Source: an uncultured Oscillospiraceae bacterium
Lineage (GTDB): Bacteria > Bacillota > Clostridia > Christensenellales > Aristaeellaceae
Direction of reading: 5' to 3'
DNA length: 64,000 nucleotides
Assembly: GCA_964408185.1 (NCBI GenBank)
Contig: CAYOYK010000007.1
Location: 4,232 to 68,231, forward strand
The position numbers and the translations under genes were made by a program. Shown here piece by piece: positions 28,510-38,411 of the stretch. The notes beneath the pieces were generated by a model. It was not told the origin of the DNA. It ran no database searches and was given only the letters and a program-made list of their open reading frames with translations. Each line of letters opens with the position of its first letter. Positions within the stretch are counted from its first letter, which is position 1.

Positions 28510-29182
28510 ACTTAAACATATATCCCACGGCCCTGATGGTGTGGATGGTTTTGATTTGGAAGCGATCGTCCACCTTTTGGCGCAGGTAGCGGATGTACAC
28601 GTCCACGATGTTGGTATCGCCCGCGAATTCGTAGCCCCATACGTTGTTGAGCAGCTCGTCGCGGGATACGGCGGCGTGCTCGTGCTGCATCAGGTAGTGG
28701 AGCAGATCAAACTCCTTTTTGGTAAGCTGGATGGGCGTATCGCCGTAGGAGGCGCTGTAACTGGCCGGCTCCAAGCGGAGCAGCCCGGCCGTCATGGCGG
28801 CCGCGCCGTCGTCGGTATCCAAGCGGTGCTTCTTCAGGCTTACGCGGATGCGCGCCAGAAGCTCCTCAATGGCGAAGGGTTTGGTCATATAGTCGTCCGC
28901 GCCCATATCAAGGCCCATTACCTTATCGCTTACGTCGTCCTTGGCGGTGAGCATGATGATGGGCAGATCGCTGGTCTGCCGAATGCGGCGGCAGACCTCG
29001 ATGCCGCTCAGCTCCGGCAGCATCAGGTCAAGGATCATCAGGTCGGGCTTCCAGCTTTCGCAGGCGGCAAGGCCGCTGCGGCCATCGTATACGGCCTTCA
29101 CCTCATAGCCCTCATGCTCCAGCTCCAGCGTCAAAAACCGGGCGATTTTGGCTTCATCTTCCACAATCAGGATCTTGTACAT
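28502..29182 (-). CDS. OmpR-family response regulator
   Basis: 226 aa. Receiver domain (ILIVEDE, DLMILDLMLP, TAKD) and a winged-helix C-terminus (RLEP...LTKKEFDLL...IRYLRQKV). It overlaps the kinase gene by 8 nt. Confidence 0.95.
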   Translation of the reverse strand: MYKILIVEDEAKIARFLTLELEHEGYEVKAVYDGRSGLAACESWKPDLMILDLMLPELSGIEVCRRIRQTSDLPIIMLTAKDDVSDKVMGLDMGADDYMTKPFAIEELLARIRVSLKKHRLDTDDGAAAMTAGLLRLEPASYSASYGDTPIQLTKKEFDLLHYLMQHEHAAVSRDELLNNVWGYEFAGDTNIVDVYIRYLRQKVDDRFQIKTIHTIRAVGYMFKYE

Positions 29183-29211
29183 GGGAGACTCCTTTACCTA
29201 GGATTTGGCTC

Positions 29212-29240
29212 AGTATACCACTTGCGTCTACGCCCCGCAA
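29212..29240 (-). promoter_or_regulatory. sigma-A-type promoter candidate for the RR/HK operon
   Basis: Minus strand: TTGCGG, a 17-nt spacer, then TATACT preceded by TGg. Confidence 0.4.
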
Positions 29241-29250
29241 GACGGAGAAA

Positions 29251-29281
29251 GGCCTTTCGGGCCCATGTGTCCCGAAAGGCC
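29251..29281 (-). terminator. intrinsic terminator
   Basis: 11-bp stem GGCCTTTCGGG / CCCGAAAGGCC, followed on the minus strand by TTTCTC. It lies 10 nt after the stop of gene 29291-29932. Confidence 0.6.
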
Positions 29282-29290
29282 GTGGCGCGG

Positions 29291-29932
29291 TCAGTGGATG
29301 TCCGCCTCGTGGTAGCCGTCGCTGTCGTTGGTCACCTTTACATTGCCGTCGCCGGGGAACTGCACGTTCACGGGCGTGGTGCCGGTCGGGGCGCTCTCGG
29401 CGCGGGGGGGCTCCTCGTGACGCCGATAATAGCTGTCCTTGGCGGAATCCTTCTTCTCGCCGCCAAACTCGGAGGTGAAGCTCGCCACCGTGCGCTTGAC
29501 ATTGCTGCCCGCGTTGCGGATCACATCGTCAAAGCTGTCAAACTCGGTGCTGCTACGATCCACGTGGATGCGGTAGCCCAGCAGCAGCGAGGCGATCAGC
29601 GACAGAATGGCGACCCACGGCGCGAACACCGTAACAAGGATCAGGTAAATGGCCGAAAGATTCACAATGCCGACCTCGCCCTTGCTTACCTTGATGCGGA
29701 AGCGGTACAGCGTGGTCAGCACGCCCTTGGAGCGACGGCCGAAGCTGCTGCCCTTGTGGGCGGATGTGCTCGCGGTGGAGCCGTCCTTTTTGATGCGGCC
29801 GTTCTTTTCCATATCCACAAGCGCGCGGGCCAGACTGCCGTTGTGATACTCCAGCAGGTTGACGGCCTCCTCGTAGGAGATGCCGCTCTTTTGCCGCAGG
29901 ATTTCGATGTCCTCGATCGTATATTGTGCCAT
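29291..29932 (-). CDS. DUF4342-like membrane protein with UBA/TS-N-like N-terminal domain
   Basis: Internal ATG at 29932 preceded by AAGGAGG at 8 nt. The N-terminus (IEILRQKSGISYEEAVNLLEYHNGSLARAL) resembles UBA/EF-Ts-N domains. A central hydrophobic hairpin is present. Confidence 0.6.
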   Translation of the reverse strand: MAQYTIEDIEILRQKSGISYEEAVNLLEYHNGSLARALVDMEKNGRIKKDGSTASTSAHKGSSFGRRSKGVLTTLYRFRIKVSKGEVGIVNLSAIYLILVTVFAPWVAILSLIASLLLGYRIHVDRSSTEFDSFDDVIRNAGSNVKRTVASFTSEFGGEKKDSAKDSYYRRHEEPPRAESAPTGTTPVNVQFPGDGNVKVTNDSDGYHEADIH

Positions 29933-30133
29933 GGCGTTGTCCTCCTTCATGGTTGGTTCCCTGTTGACGTGGATAGCATAGCACCGATTCGGCCCGCTTG
30001 CTTGAGGGTTTGCTGAAACCAAGATGAGAAAACCATGAGAAAAGAGCAAAGCAATGCTGAAAACGGGTCTGACGGCCTGCGAAGGGACGCTCGCTCCACT
30101 TTTACGATCAAATGGGACGCTTTTGGACGACTC

Positions 30134-30162
30134 TTTACCACTTGACGCGTCTGTGCTATAAT
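30134..30162 (+). promoter_or_regulatory. sigma-A-type promoter candidate
   Basis: TTTACC, a 17-nt spacer, then TATAAT with TGc (extended -10). Confidence 0.4.
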
Positions 30163-30195
30163 GCAAGCAGACAGCCAACCATCCGACAGGAGGAA

Positions 30196-30675
30196 ATGAC
30201 GATGTACCGTTACTCCGGACAAAGCCGCTTTAACAGCGTAATGAAGTCCAACCGATATCGCCCGATTCTGGTTATTCTGGCCATTGCGGCCGTGTTCCTG
30301 ATCGGCTTTTTGGTTGGAAAGGGCGCCATTGTGGATAGTAACTTTGTGAGCCAGCGCAACTCCCGCCTGCGCAGCGAGGTTCAGCACGCCGTTAGCGAGA
30401 CAAGCAAGCTCTCCGCCAATGGCAGCAGCAGCAACTCCGCCACGCTGGGGAACATCCGCTCCTATATCCACGGCGTGGAAACGCTCAATGAGATGAGCGT
30501 CTCCATGTACGGCGAGACCGGGCGGATGTATACGCAGGCGGAGATCGACGAGCTGTACGCGATCATCGATTCCTTCCACGCGAAGCTCCAAAGCGGGCAG
30601 AAGTTCAGCGACGTCCTTACCACGCTCAACGCGGCCATCACAGCCCTGCAGGACAAAACCAACCTGCTGCAATAA
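30196..30675 (+). CDS. hypothetical membrane-anchored protein
   Basis: Tail of ORF 30112-30675, starting at ATG 30196 or 30202 after AGGAGG. One N-terminal TM (ILVILAIAAVFLIGFLV), then a helical soluble region. Confidence 0.55.
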   Translation: MTMYRYSGQSRFNSVMKSNRYRPILVILAIAAVFLIGFLVGKGAIVDSNFVSQRNSRLRSEVQHAVSETSKLSANGSSSNSATLGNIRSYIHGVETLNEMSVSMYGETGRMYTQAEIDELYAIIDSFHAKLQSGQKFSDVLTTLNAAITALQDKTNLLQ

Positions 30676-30690
30676 CGCCGGCAGCCGCCG

Positions 30691-30730
30691 CAAAGCGCCG
30701 CCGCCCCCTACTGGGAGCGGCGGCGCTTTG
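30691..30730. terminator. hairpin between convergent genes
   Basis: 14-bp perfect stem CAAAGCGCCGCCGC / GCGGCGGCGCTTTG. Flanking T-tracts are weak. Confidence 0.45.
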
Positions 30731-30738
30731 GCGTGCGG

Positions 30739-32142
30739 TCAGACGCGCTTGTAGGTCGTCGTGCCGCAGGGAATGCCGATGCCCGTCACCGTGTCGATCA
30801 AACCATCCGCTGTCGGGACGATTTCATCCACGCGGAAGGCCGGATCCTCCACGACGTTCACGCGCGCGGTCAGCTTGCCGTCCTTTACGCAATATGTCGC
30901 CTGATAATCGGCCGGGAGGCCGTACGGGTCGAAAAGCGTGCAGGTTTGGTACTGTTGGCCCCGCATGTTGTAGCAAAAGCCGAAGGGCGGCGTAAACGGC
31001 TCGCCGTGGAATTGAAGCACAAGACCGCTGCCGGGACGCAGCACGGTGAGCGAACGGCCATCCTCACTCCTGTACAGGCCCTCCGCCAGCGATACGCTGC
31101 CGTCGTCGCCCTCAAGGGTGGGCAGCGCCAGCGCGCGGATGCGCTCCTGCAAGGCTTCGGTATCGGCGGTGCGCTCGCAGGGCTCGTCGTCGTTCAGCAG
31201 CGCGGGGATCAGCGTTTCGTGGATCAGCGTCATCTCCTGCTGCATGTCCTCCAAGCACGCGTTCACGCTGATGACCGCGTCCTTTTGCGGAATGACCAGC
31301 ATCAGCTGTCCGTACATGCCGTCACCGCGGTAGAAGCCGTCTACGCAGCGCCAGAACTGATAGCCGTAGCCTTGGTTCCAATCGCTCTTGGGATCGGGCT
31401 CGCCGTCCCAGTTGTTGATGTGCTTGGCCGTGGCGGTCTTTACAAAGAAGTCGGGCAGCACGCGCTCACCCTCCCACATGCCGTCCTGCAACAGGAGCTG
31501 GCCGACCTTGGCGAGATCCGCCGTGCCGAGGTAGAGGCCCCAGCCGCCAAAATCAACGCCCTCCGGGCTGACGTTCCAGTGCGGGTGGCGGATGCCCAGC
31601 TTGTCAAATAGGCGAGGCGCGAGATAATCCACAATCGGCATGCCGATCACGCGCTGCAAAATGTAGCTGACGAGGTACGTGCCCAGACTGTTATAATGAA
31701 AGTGCGTGCCGGGCTCGTGGTCGATGGGGAAGCGCAGGGCGGCCTGCGCCCAATGCGTTTCGCCAAAGTCCAGCTTGTCCGCGTCGTAATCAAGGCCGGA
31801 GCCCATCGTGAGCAGGTGCTCGACGGTCACCTTTTTCAGCCGCTCGCTTGGGTTCTCCGGCGCGATGTCGCCAAGGTATTTGAGGATGGGGTCGTCGTAG
31901 CGGAGCAAGCCCTCCTGCACCGCAAAGCCCGCCGCAATGGACGTAAAGCTCTTGCTCAGCGAAAACAGCATATGGGGCAGCTCGGCTTTGTAGGGCTTCC
32001 ACTCCAGCGTGCAGGCGATTTTGCCGTGCCGCAGGATGCGCACGCCGTGGAAACAGAGTCCTTCCTTTTCCGCGCGGTTCAGGAACGCCAGTATGCCGGA
32101 GGAGGAGACGCGCAGCTCCTCAGGGATGGTTGCATGGTACAT
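30739..32142 (-). CDS. serine hydrolase, beta-lactamase/transpeptidase-like (class C family)
   Basis: Internal ATG at 32142 preceded by GAGGAGG at 8 nt. SxxK motif in FSLSKSFTS. 467 aa. Confidence 0.85.
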   Translation of the reverse strand: MYHATIPEELRVSSSGILAFLNRAEKEGLCFHGVRILRHGKIACTLEWKPYKAELPHMLFSLSKSFTSIAAGFAVQEGLLRYDDPILKYLGDIAPENPSERLKKVTVEHLLTMGSGLDYDADKLDFGETHWAQAALRFPIDHEPGTHFHYNSLGTYLVSYILQRVIGMPIVDYLAPRLFDKLGIRHPHWNVSPEGVDFGGWGLYLGTADLAKVGQLLLQDGMWEGERVLPDFFVKTATAKHINNWDGEPDPKSDWNQGYGYQFWRCVDGFYRGDGMYGQLMLVIPQKDAVISVNACLEDMQQEMTLIHETLIPALLNDDEPCERTADTEALQERIRALALPTLEGDDGSVSLAEGLYRSEDGRSLTVLRPGSGLVLQFHGEPFTPPFGFCYNMRGQQYQTCTLFDPYGLPADYQATYCVKDGKLTARVNVVEDPAFRVDEIVPTADGLIDTVTGIGIPCGTTTYKRV

Positions 32143-32212
32143 CAAGGGTACCTCCTCGCTTGTAAATATCATATGCTCATTATAGCACAATCCGCGCCGT
32201 GCGCACAACGGT

Positions 32213-32647
32213 TTACGCCAGCTTGAAGGTCAGCACTCCCGCCAGCATCAGCGCGACGCCCGCGTACTGCCACAGCCCCAGCGTCGCTTTCTCCTGCCCA
32301 AAGAGCCCCAGCGCGTCGATGAGCGCCGCCACCAAAAGCTGCGCGATCAGGATCACGGAGATGGCCACCGTGGTGTCCAGCTTTTGCAGCGACAGCATCA
32401 CCGTAACGGTGATCACCGGGGCCAGCACGCCGCCCAGCCAATACAGCCAGTGCGTCTGCGTCAGCGCGCGCAGGTTGCCCCTGCCAAAGAGCAGCATGAC
32501 CGCAAGCGCCAGCACAAAGCCCACGCACTGCACCAGCGCGTTGCCCTCCCACAGGCCGATTTTGTCGCCGAGCCTTGTGTTCCACACGCCCTGCACGCTC
32601 ATGGCCGCGCCCGCGATCACGGCAAATACAAACGAAAGCATGTCCAT
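32213..32647 (-). CDS. small DMT-superfamily membrane protein (YdcZ/DUF606-like)
   Basis: Internal ATG at 32647. 144 aa, 5 TM, with a QGVWNTRLG block typical of DUF606. Confidence 0.65.
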   Translation of the reverse strand: MDMLSFVFAVIAGAAMSVQGVWNTRLGDKIGLWEGNALVQCVGFVLALAVMLLFGRGNLRALTQTHWLYWLGGVLAPVITVTVMLSLQKLDTTVAISVILIAQLLVAALIDALGLFGQEKATLGLWQYAGVALMLAGVLTFKLA

Positions 32648-32814
32648 CGCCTCCGCCGTTAGCTTGCGCGGCGGACGCAAGGATTATCCAGCTCAGGCGC
32701 GGACAGGCAGGCATGGAAGAATAACACAAAACCTTCACACAACGGTCATGCCGCGATAAGCTTGCGGCGGTATGCTCCCACCGTACACAGCAAATCGGTA
32801 AGGAGTGGAAAACC

Positions 32815-34425
32815 ATGAAGAAGGTCATCAAGTGGCTGCTGATTCTGGTCGTGCTCGGCGCGGCGGGTTATTTTGGCTATCAGTTCTATCTGTCCCGCAC
32901 GCAGACGTCGGCGGAGGCAAGCACCACTGCGTATACGCAGGTAGCGGTTGCGACGGGCGATTTGGAAAAATCCGTCACCGGCACGGGCTCCCTGAGCATC
33001 TCTCAGACGCAGAATGTTACGCTGGAGTTCCCCGTCACCATCAGCGAGGCGCTTGTGGTCGCGGGCGACAGCGTCGCCGAGGGACAGGAGATGTACCGGA
33101 TCGATCCGGACGCGCTCCAAACCACGATTGACAGCCTGCAAACCGAGCTGGAGACCGCCGAGTCCGAGATCGTTACCTTGAGCAGCGATTACTCCTCGGC
33201 CGAGGTCATCAAGTACGGCATCAAGGGCCGTGTGAAGCTCTCGTATTTGGAGGCCGGCAGGCAGATCGAGGACATCATGGCGGAGTATGGCAAGCTGCTG
33301 CTGCTCTCGCTGGATGGCACCATGCGGGTGGAGATTCCCGCGGGCGACCTTGCCATTGACGACGTGGTAAAGGTACGCGCGGCCGCCGGGACCACGGCGG
33401 GCGTCGTGGCGGAGGTCAACGGCGACACAGCCGTAATTTCCTTCACGGATACCTACGCCCTGCAGGACGAGGAGGTGCAGGTGCTGACCAACGACCTCAA
33501 GCCGCTGGGCAGCGCGGCGGCGCAAATCCATATGCCGTACTGGGTCACCTCCACAGCCAAGGGCTATGTCAGCATCGCCTATGTGGAGATCAACGCTAAG
33601 GTCTACAAGGCCTCGCGTATGGTCTATTTGACCAACGTGCCCACCTCCGACGAGTATGCCGCGCAGGTGAAGGAGCGCGAGCGCCTGACCAATTTGATTC
33701 AGAGCGCCAAGGCGCTTCAGGCCGGCGGCGTGATCTGCGCGCCTGTGGCGGGCATCGTCAACTCGGCGCTGACCGCCTCCACCGTTGAGCAGGCCGAGAA
33801 TACCGTGCTTGCCTCGCTGTACGTAGGCGACGCCAAGCAGATGATCGTCAGCGTGGACGAGCTGGATATCATCAACGTGGCCGTGGGCCAGAACGTGGAC
33901 ATCGTCATGGACGCGATCTCGGATAAGACCTACTCCGCGACCGTCTCGTACGTATCGCAGATCGGCACAACCTCCAGCGGCGTGACCGTGTACGACGTCA
34001 CGCTGGATATCGCCGGTGACGATCAGCTTCGCATCGGCATGAACGGCACCGCGACCATCAAGATCGAGCAGGTGACGGGCGTGCTGCTGGTGCCGATCAC
34101 GGCGCTCAACAGCTCCCGCGACGGCCAGTATGTGTGGCTGTACGACGCGAGCATCACCGCGGAGAGCGGCGACGATCCGGGCGTTAAGACATTTGTGACC
34201 ACGGGCCTTTCCGATGAGACGTATGCCGAGGTTACGTCCGGGCTCAGCGAGGGCGACGTCGTGCTGGTGACGCGCGAGGCTTCCACCAGCAGCACCAGCA
34301 GCACGGACTTCGGCGGCGGCATGATGGATTTTGCCAACATGGGCGGCGGCGATATGCCCAGCATGCCCTCCGGCGGCGGCAGCGCGCCTTCGGGCGGCGG
34401 CAATGGCGGCGGCAGGCAGCAATAG
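32815..34425 (+). CDS. efflux periplasmic adaptor (HlyD/MacA family)
   Basis: N-terminal TM, coiled-coil hairpin and barrel-sandwich repeats. Gly-rich C-terminal tail. It is followed by MacB-type ATPase and permease genes. Confidence 0.8.
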   Translation: MKKVIKWLLILVVLGAAGYFGYQFYLSRTQTSAEASTTAYTQVAVATGDLEKSVTGTGSLSISQTQNVTLEFPVTISEALVVAGDSVAEGQEMYRIDPDALQTTIDSLQTELETAESEIVTLSSDYSSAEVIKYGIKGRVKLSYLEAGRQIEDIMAEYGKLLLLSLDGTMRVEIPAGDLAIDDVVKVRAAAGTTAGVVAEVNGDTAVISFTDTYALQDEEVQVLTNDLKPLGSAAAQIHMPYWVTSTAKGYVSIAYVEINAKVYKASRMVYLTNVPTSDEYAAQVKERERLTNLIQSAKALQAGGVICAPVAGIVNSALTASTVEQAENTVLASLYVGDAKQMIVSVDELDIINVAVGQNVDIVMDAISDKTYSATVSYVSQIGTTSSGVTVYDVTLDIAGDDQLRIGMNGTATIKIEQVTGVLLVPITALNSSRDGQYVWLYDASITAESGDDPGVKTFVTTGLSDETYAEVTSGLSEGDVVLVTREASTSSTSSTDFGGGMMDFANMGGGDMPSMPSGGGSAPSGGGNGGGRQQ

Positions 34426-34442
34426 GATAGGAGGGGCGAACC

Positions 34443-35141
34443 ATGATTGAAATGACGGACGTGGTGAAGCGCTACTCGCTGGGCGGCGAGACCATCTACG
34501 CGCTGAACCATATCTCCCTCCATGTGGACGCGGGTGAGTACGTCGCCATCATCGGCCCCAGCGGAAGCGGCAAGAGCACGCTGATGAACATCATCGGCTG
34601 CTTGGATACGGCGGACGAGGGCACCTATCTGCTCAACGACAAGCCCATCGAGAAGTACCGCGAGCGGCAGCTTGCGCGCATCCGCAACGAGCAGATCGGC
34701 TTTATCTTTCAGGGCTTCAACCTGCTCAGCAAGCTCACCGCGCTGGAGAACGTGGAGCTGCCCATGATCTACAAGGGCACGCGGGCGGGCGAGCGCAAGC
34801 GCATGGCGCAGGAGGCGCTCTCGCGCGTAGGGCTTGGCGAACGCATGAAGCACCGGCCCAACCAGCTCTCCGGTGGACAGCAGCAGCGCGCGGCCATCGC
34901 GCGGGCCATCGCGGTCAAGCCTGCGCTGATTCTGGCGGACGAACCCACCGGCAATCTGGATAAAAAGACCGGGCGGGAGATCTTGGATATCTTTGACGAG
35001 CTGCACGCGTCGGGCAATACCATCGTGCTCATCACGCACGACCCAAACGTTGCCAAGCGCGCGCAGCGGGTCATCCGCATAGAAGACGGCAAACTATTTG
35101 AGGGAGAGGAGGCGGCCTCGGATGCTGTTCCAGTCGTTTAA
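34443..35141 (+). CDS. ABC transporter ATP-binding protein (MacB/LolD/FtsE type)
   Basis: Walker [10 protein letters not shown], signature [14 protein letters not shown], Walker [13 protein letters not shown]. Confidence 0.92.
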   Translation: MIEMTDVVKRYSLGGETIYALNHISLHVDAGEYVAIIGPSGSGKSTLMNIIGCLDTADEGTYLLNDKPIEKYRERQLARIRNEQIGFIFQGFNLLSKLTALENVELPMIYKGTRAGERKRMAQEALSRVGLGERMKHRPNQLSGGQQQRAAIARAIAVKPALILADEPTGNLDKKTGREILDIFDELHASGNTIVLITHDPNVAKRAQRVIRIEDGKLFEGEEAASDAVPVV

Positions 35142-36309
35142 AATGGCCATCAAGGCCATTGCGGGCAACAAAATGCGCTCCTTCCTGACCATACTGGGCG
35201 TCGTCATCGGCGTGGTGGCCATTGTGGTGCTGGTTTCCATCGCGCAGGGCGCTAATTCGTCGGTCGTCAGCAGCATCGAGGGGATGGGCACCAACCTCAT
35301 CAACGTGTCCATCCGCGCGCGGCGCACCAACCCCGTGACCATGGAGGGCTTGCAGGAGCTGGCCGAAAGCGAGTACATCGCGTTCGTCGCGCCTACGGTC
35401 ACGCTGTCCGGCACGGTGAAGGCGGGCGTGACCACCTACGACGATGGCAGCCTGATGGGTACGACGCCGGGCTATGAGTCGATCCGTAATTGGTCGCTGC
35501 AGGAGGGGCGCTTCCTCAAGGACCCGGATATCGACAACCGCAGCTTTGTGGCCGTAATCGGCGCCGAGGCCGCCACGGAGATGTACGGCACCACGCATGT
35601 GGTGGGCGAGACGTTTACCATCAACGGCTACACGTTTACCGTGGTGGGCGTGCTGGCCGAAAACGGCTCGTCCGCCTCCGGCAGCAACGATAACCAGATC
35701 ATCCTTCCGTTTACGCTGGCGGAGCGTATCTTCAGCCAGCGCGGCATCAGCACGTTCTATGTGTCCGCCACGTCCAGCGAAATGGTTACGCTGGCGCAGG
35801 CCGATGTAGAGGCGTACCTCAAAAAGACATTTGAGAACTACAACACCAGCAGCTCCGGCACGCAGTATACCGTATACAACCAGACCGAGATGCTGGATAC
35901 CCTCAGCGAGACCACCCAGACGCTCACCCTGATGCTGGGCGGTATCGCGGCCATCAGCCTGCTGGTGGGCGGCATCGGGATCATGAACATCATGCTGGTC
36001 AGCGTGAGCGAGCGCACGAGGGAAATCGGCATCCGCAAGGCCATCGGGGCCGCGCGGAGCAACATCCTGATGCAGTTTCTCATCGAGTCGCTTGTTGTCA
36101 GCCTGATGGGCGGGTTGATCGGGCTGCTGGTCTCCGTGGGGCTGGTGTACATACTCGGCCCCGTGCTCGATATGACGCTGACCGTGCCGACGTTTGTGGC
36201 GTGGATCGCCATCGGCTTCAGCGTGTTCATCGGCGTGGTGTTCGGCATGTACCCGGCCAACAAGGCCTCCAAGCTGCGCCCCATCGAGGCGCTCCATTAC
36301 GAGGGCTGA
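35122..36309 (+). CDS. ABC transporter permease (MacB/FtsX type)
   Basis: Internal ATG at 35122. MacB_PCD-like periplasmic domain between TM1 and TM2. FtsX C-terminal block ([14 protein letters not shown]...P..A...PIEAL). Confidence 0.9.
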   Translation: MLFQSFKMAIKAIAGNKMRSFLTILGVVIGVVAIVVLVSIAQGANSSVVSSIEGMGTNLINVSIRARRTNPVTMEGLQELAESEYIAFVAPTVTLSGTVKAGVTTYDDGSLMGTTPGYESIRNWSLQEGRFLKDPDIDNRSFVAVIGAEAATEMYGTTHVVGETFTINGYTFTVVGVLAENGSSASGSNDNQIILPFTLAERIFSQRGISTFYVSATSSEMVTLAQADVEAYLKKTFENYNTSSSGTQYTVYNQTEMLDTLSETTQTLTLMLGGIAAISLLVGGIGIMNIMLVSVSERTREIGIRKAIGAARSNILMQFLIESLVVSLMGGLIGLLVSVGLVYILGPVLDMTLTVPTFVAWIAIGFSVFIGVVFGMYPANKASKLRPIEALHYEG

Positions 36310-36311
36310 CC

Positions 36312-36341
36312 GTATCAAAACCAGCTTTGCCGCGCATGATA
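36312..36341 (+). promoter_or_regulatory. forespore-type (sigma-F/G-like) promoter candidate upstream of gpr
   Basis: GTATC, an 18-nt spacer, then CATGATA. Compare the sigma-G consensus GHATR-N18-CATxHTA; the -35 has one mismatch. Confidence 0.35.
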
Positions 36342-36365
36342 GCCCCGCGAAAGGAAGGGGTCGTC

Positions 36366-37289
36366 ATGCGCGGTTTTCGTACCGATCTGGCCATGGAATC
36401 CGCCCTTGGGCAGGACAGTCTGCCTGAGGGCGTTCGCATGGATACCGAGCATACCGAGGACGCGACCGTAACGACGATCTGTGTGGATACCGAGGCGGGC
36501 GCGCGCCTGCTGGAGCATGCCGTCGGCCGCTATGTCACCATCGATTGCCCGGAGCTTGCCGCCTGCGATGCGGATAGGCAGGCGCGCGTCGCCGCGCTGG
36601 TGCGGGACGCGCTGACCGAGCTGCTTCCGCCGGAGGGCGAGCTGCTGGTGCTGGGGCTTGGCAACCGCAACGTCACGGCGGACGCACTGGGCACGCGCGT
36701 CGTGGAGCGCATGCTAGTAACGCGGCACATGCTGCGCAGCATGGAGGGCGATCTGTCGCGCAGGCTGCGCGGGATCAGCGCCATCGCGCCCGGCGTGCTG
36801 GGCGTAACGGGCATAGAGACCGCCGAGCTTTGCAAGGGGCTGGTGGCGCACGTGCGGCCTGCGGCCGTCATCGTCATCGACGCGCTGGCCGCGCTGGACA
36901 GCGATCGCATCTGCACCACCATACAAATCACCGATACGGGCATTGAACCCGGCAGCGGCGTGGGCAACCATCGCCTTGGGCTGAACCGGAGGACGCTGGG
37001 CGTGCCGGTCGTCGCCATCGGCGTACCGATGGTCGTTTACGCGTCCACCATTGCACGGGACGCGCTGCAGCGCCTCATGACGCGCTATCGCCTGATGGAC
37101 GAGGACGACCCGGCGGCGCAGGCGATTTTACGGGATGTGGCGGACGGCCCGTTGGGCAAGATGGTCGTCACCCCGCGCGAGATCGACGAGCTTGTGCTCC
37201 ATGTGGCGGAGCTGCTGGGCGACGGAATGAATCAGGCATTTCACCCGCTGCTGGACGGGCCGACGCTGCAAATGCTCATGCACCAGTAA
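36366..37289 (+). CDS. gpr: germination protease (GPR endopeptidase)
   Basis: Internal ATG at 36366 (RBS GAAAGGAAGGGG). N-terminus RTDLAMES, then LGLGNRNVTADALG, IDALAA and ITDTGIEPGSGVGN. Confidence 0.9.
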   Translation: MRGFRTDLAMESALGQDSLPEGVRMDTEHTEDATVTTICVDTEAGARLLEHAVGRYVTIDCPELAACDADRQARVAALVRDALTELLPPEGELLVLGLGNRNVTADALGTRVVERMLVTRHMLRSMEGDLSRRLRGISAIAPGVLGVTGIETAELCKGLVAHVRPAAVIVIDALAALDSDRICTTIQITDTGIEPGSGVGNHRLGLNRRTLGVPVVAIGVPMVVYASTIARDALQRLMTRYRLMDEDDPAAQAILRDVADGPLGKMVVTPREIDELVLHVAELLGDGMNQAFHPLLDGPTLQMLMHQ

Positions 37290-37316
37290 GGTTGCGCATA
37301 TACATGGGTAACGCGT

Positions 37317-38321
37317 ATGGGCGGGGGTGATACCATGGAGCGATCGGACGGGCACCGCTTGCTGTGGCTGGCGGCGCTTTGCTTTTTGCTGGCGGTAACG
37401 GTCGGCGTGATTCTGCTGCTGCAGCCCGCGCCCGCGCGGGTGGACGAGCCGCCGGAGGATGCGGCGGCGGTGTTTGCGGCCGACGACAGCCTTTTTTTTG
37501 CGCCGCCGGAAACCGCGGACGAATCGGGCCAGTCCACGTCCGCGCCCCCAACGCCGGACATGTCCGTGTCCGCATCCCCAACGGCGGGCACGCCCGCGTC
37601 CGCGTCCCCAACGCCGGACTCGGCCGCGCCTGCCGACGGCTTTACGCTCACGGTCATTGCGCCCGCATCGTCGGAGCGGCCCGTGCGAATCTTGATTTAT
37701 CACACGCACACCTACGAGGCGTATACGCCTGAGGCGGACGCGGCCTACACCGAGACGGAAGCGTGGCGCACCGCCGACGAGCGCTACAACGTGGTGCGCG
37801 TCGGCGAGGAGCTGGCCGCGCTGCTGACCAGCATGGGCTATTCCGTTACGCACGACGCGGACGCATACGAGCCGCCCGATTTGGCAAGCTCCTACGCGCG
37901 CTCGCTGGAGATGCTTCTGCGGCGGCAGGCGGCGGGGGAGACGTATGACCTGTATATCGACCTGCACCGGGACGCGTACATGGACGGCCAGACGGGACCC
38001 AACGCGCTGTCGATCGGCGGTGTGCCGACGGCGCGGCTGATGGCGCTGGTCGGCAAGGGCGAGGGGCAGACCAGCGAGGGCTTTGACCAGCGGCCGGACT
38101 GGGAGAAAAACCTTGCCCTCGCCCAGCGGATCACGGATTCGCTCAACGGGCAGTGCGAGGGCCTTTGCAAGCCCGTGCGCGTGCGCAGCGGGCGGTACAA
38201 CCAGCATGTCGCGCCCAACTGCGTGCTGGTGGAGGTCGGCAACAACCGCAACACGCTGTCGGAGGCGCTTGCCGTTATGCCGTACTTGGCGGACGCCATC
38301 CGGGATGCGCTGACGGAGTAG
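37317..38321 (+). CDS. spoIIP: stage II sporulation protein P
   Basis: N-terminal TM, Pro/Ala/Ser linker, then the SpoIIP amidase-like core (ILIYHTHTYEAY ... IDLHRDA ... FYVEVG-like VLVEVGN). An alternative start lies at 37335. The gpr-spoIIP pairing is conserved in endospore formers. Confidence 0.85.
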   Translation: MGGGDTMERSDGHRLLWLAALCFLLAVTVGVILLLQPAPARVDEPPEDAAAVFAADDSLFFAPPETADESGQSTSAPPTPDMSVSASPTAGTPASASPTPDSAAPADGFTLTVIAPASSERPVRILIYHTHTYEAYTPEADAAYTETEAWRTADERYNVVRVGEELAALLTSMGYSVTHDADAYEPPDLASSYARSLEMLLRRQAAGETYDLYIDLHRDAYMDGQTGPNALSIGGVPTARLMALVGKGEGQTSEGFDQRPDWEKNLALAQRITDSLNGQCEGLCKPVRVRSGRYNQHVAPNCVLVEVGNNRNTLSEALAVMPYLADAIRDALTE

Positions 38322-38349
38322 AATAAACAAGACAAAATCCGCAAAAGGC

Positions 38350-38379
38350 TTGCAAGGCGAATGGCGATTCTTGTATAAT
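38350..38379 (+). promoter_or_regulatory. sigma-A-type promoter candidate for the kinase module
   Basis: TTGCAA, an 18-nt spacer, then TATAAT, about 30 nt upstream of the ATG at 38412. Confidence 0.5.
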
Positions 38380-38411
38380 CATACCAAAGATTGTCCAAAG
38401 GAGAACCCGCC

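Noticed and set aside
27031-30016. Plus-strand ORFs 27031-28515 (494 aa) and 28361-30016 (551 aa).
   Set aside because: They are antisense to the well-supported histidine kinase, response regulator and DUF4342-like genes and have no motifs.
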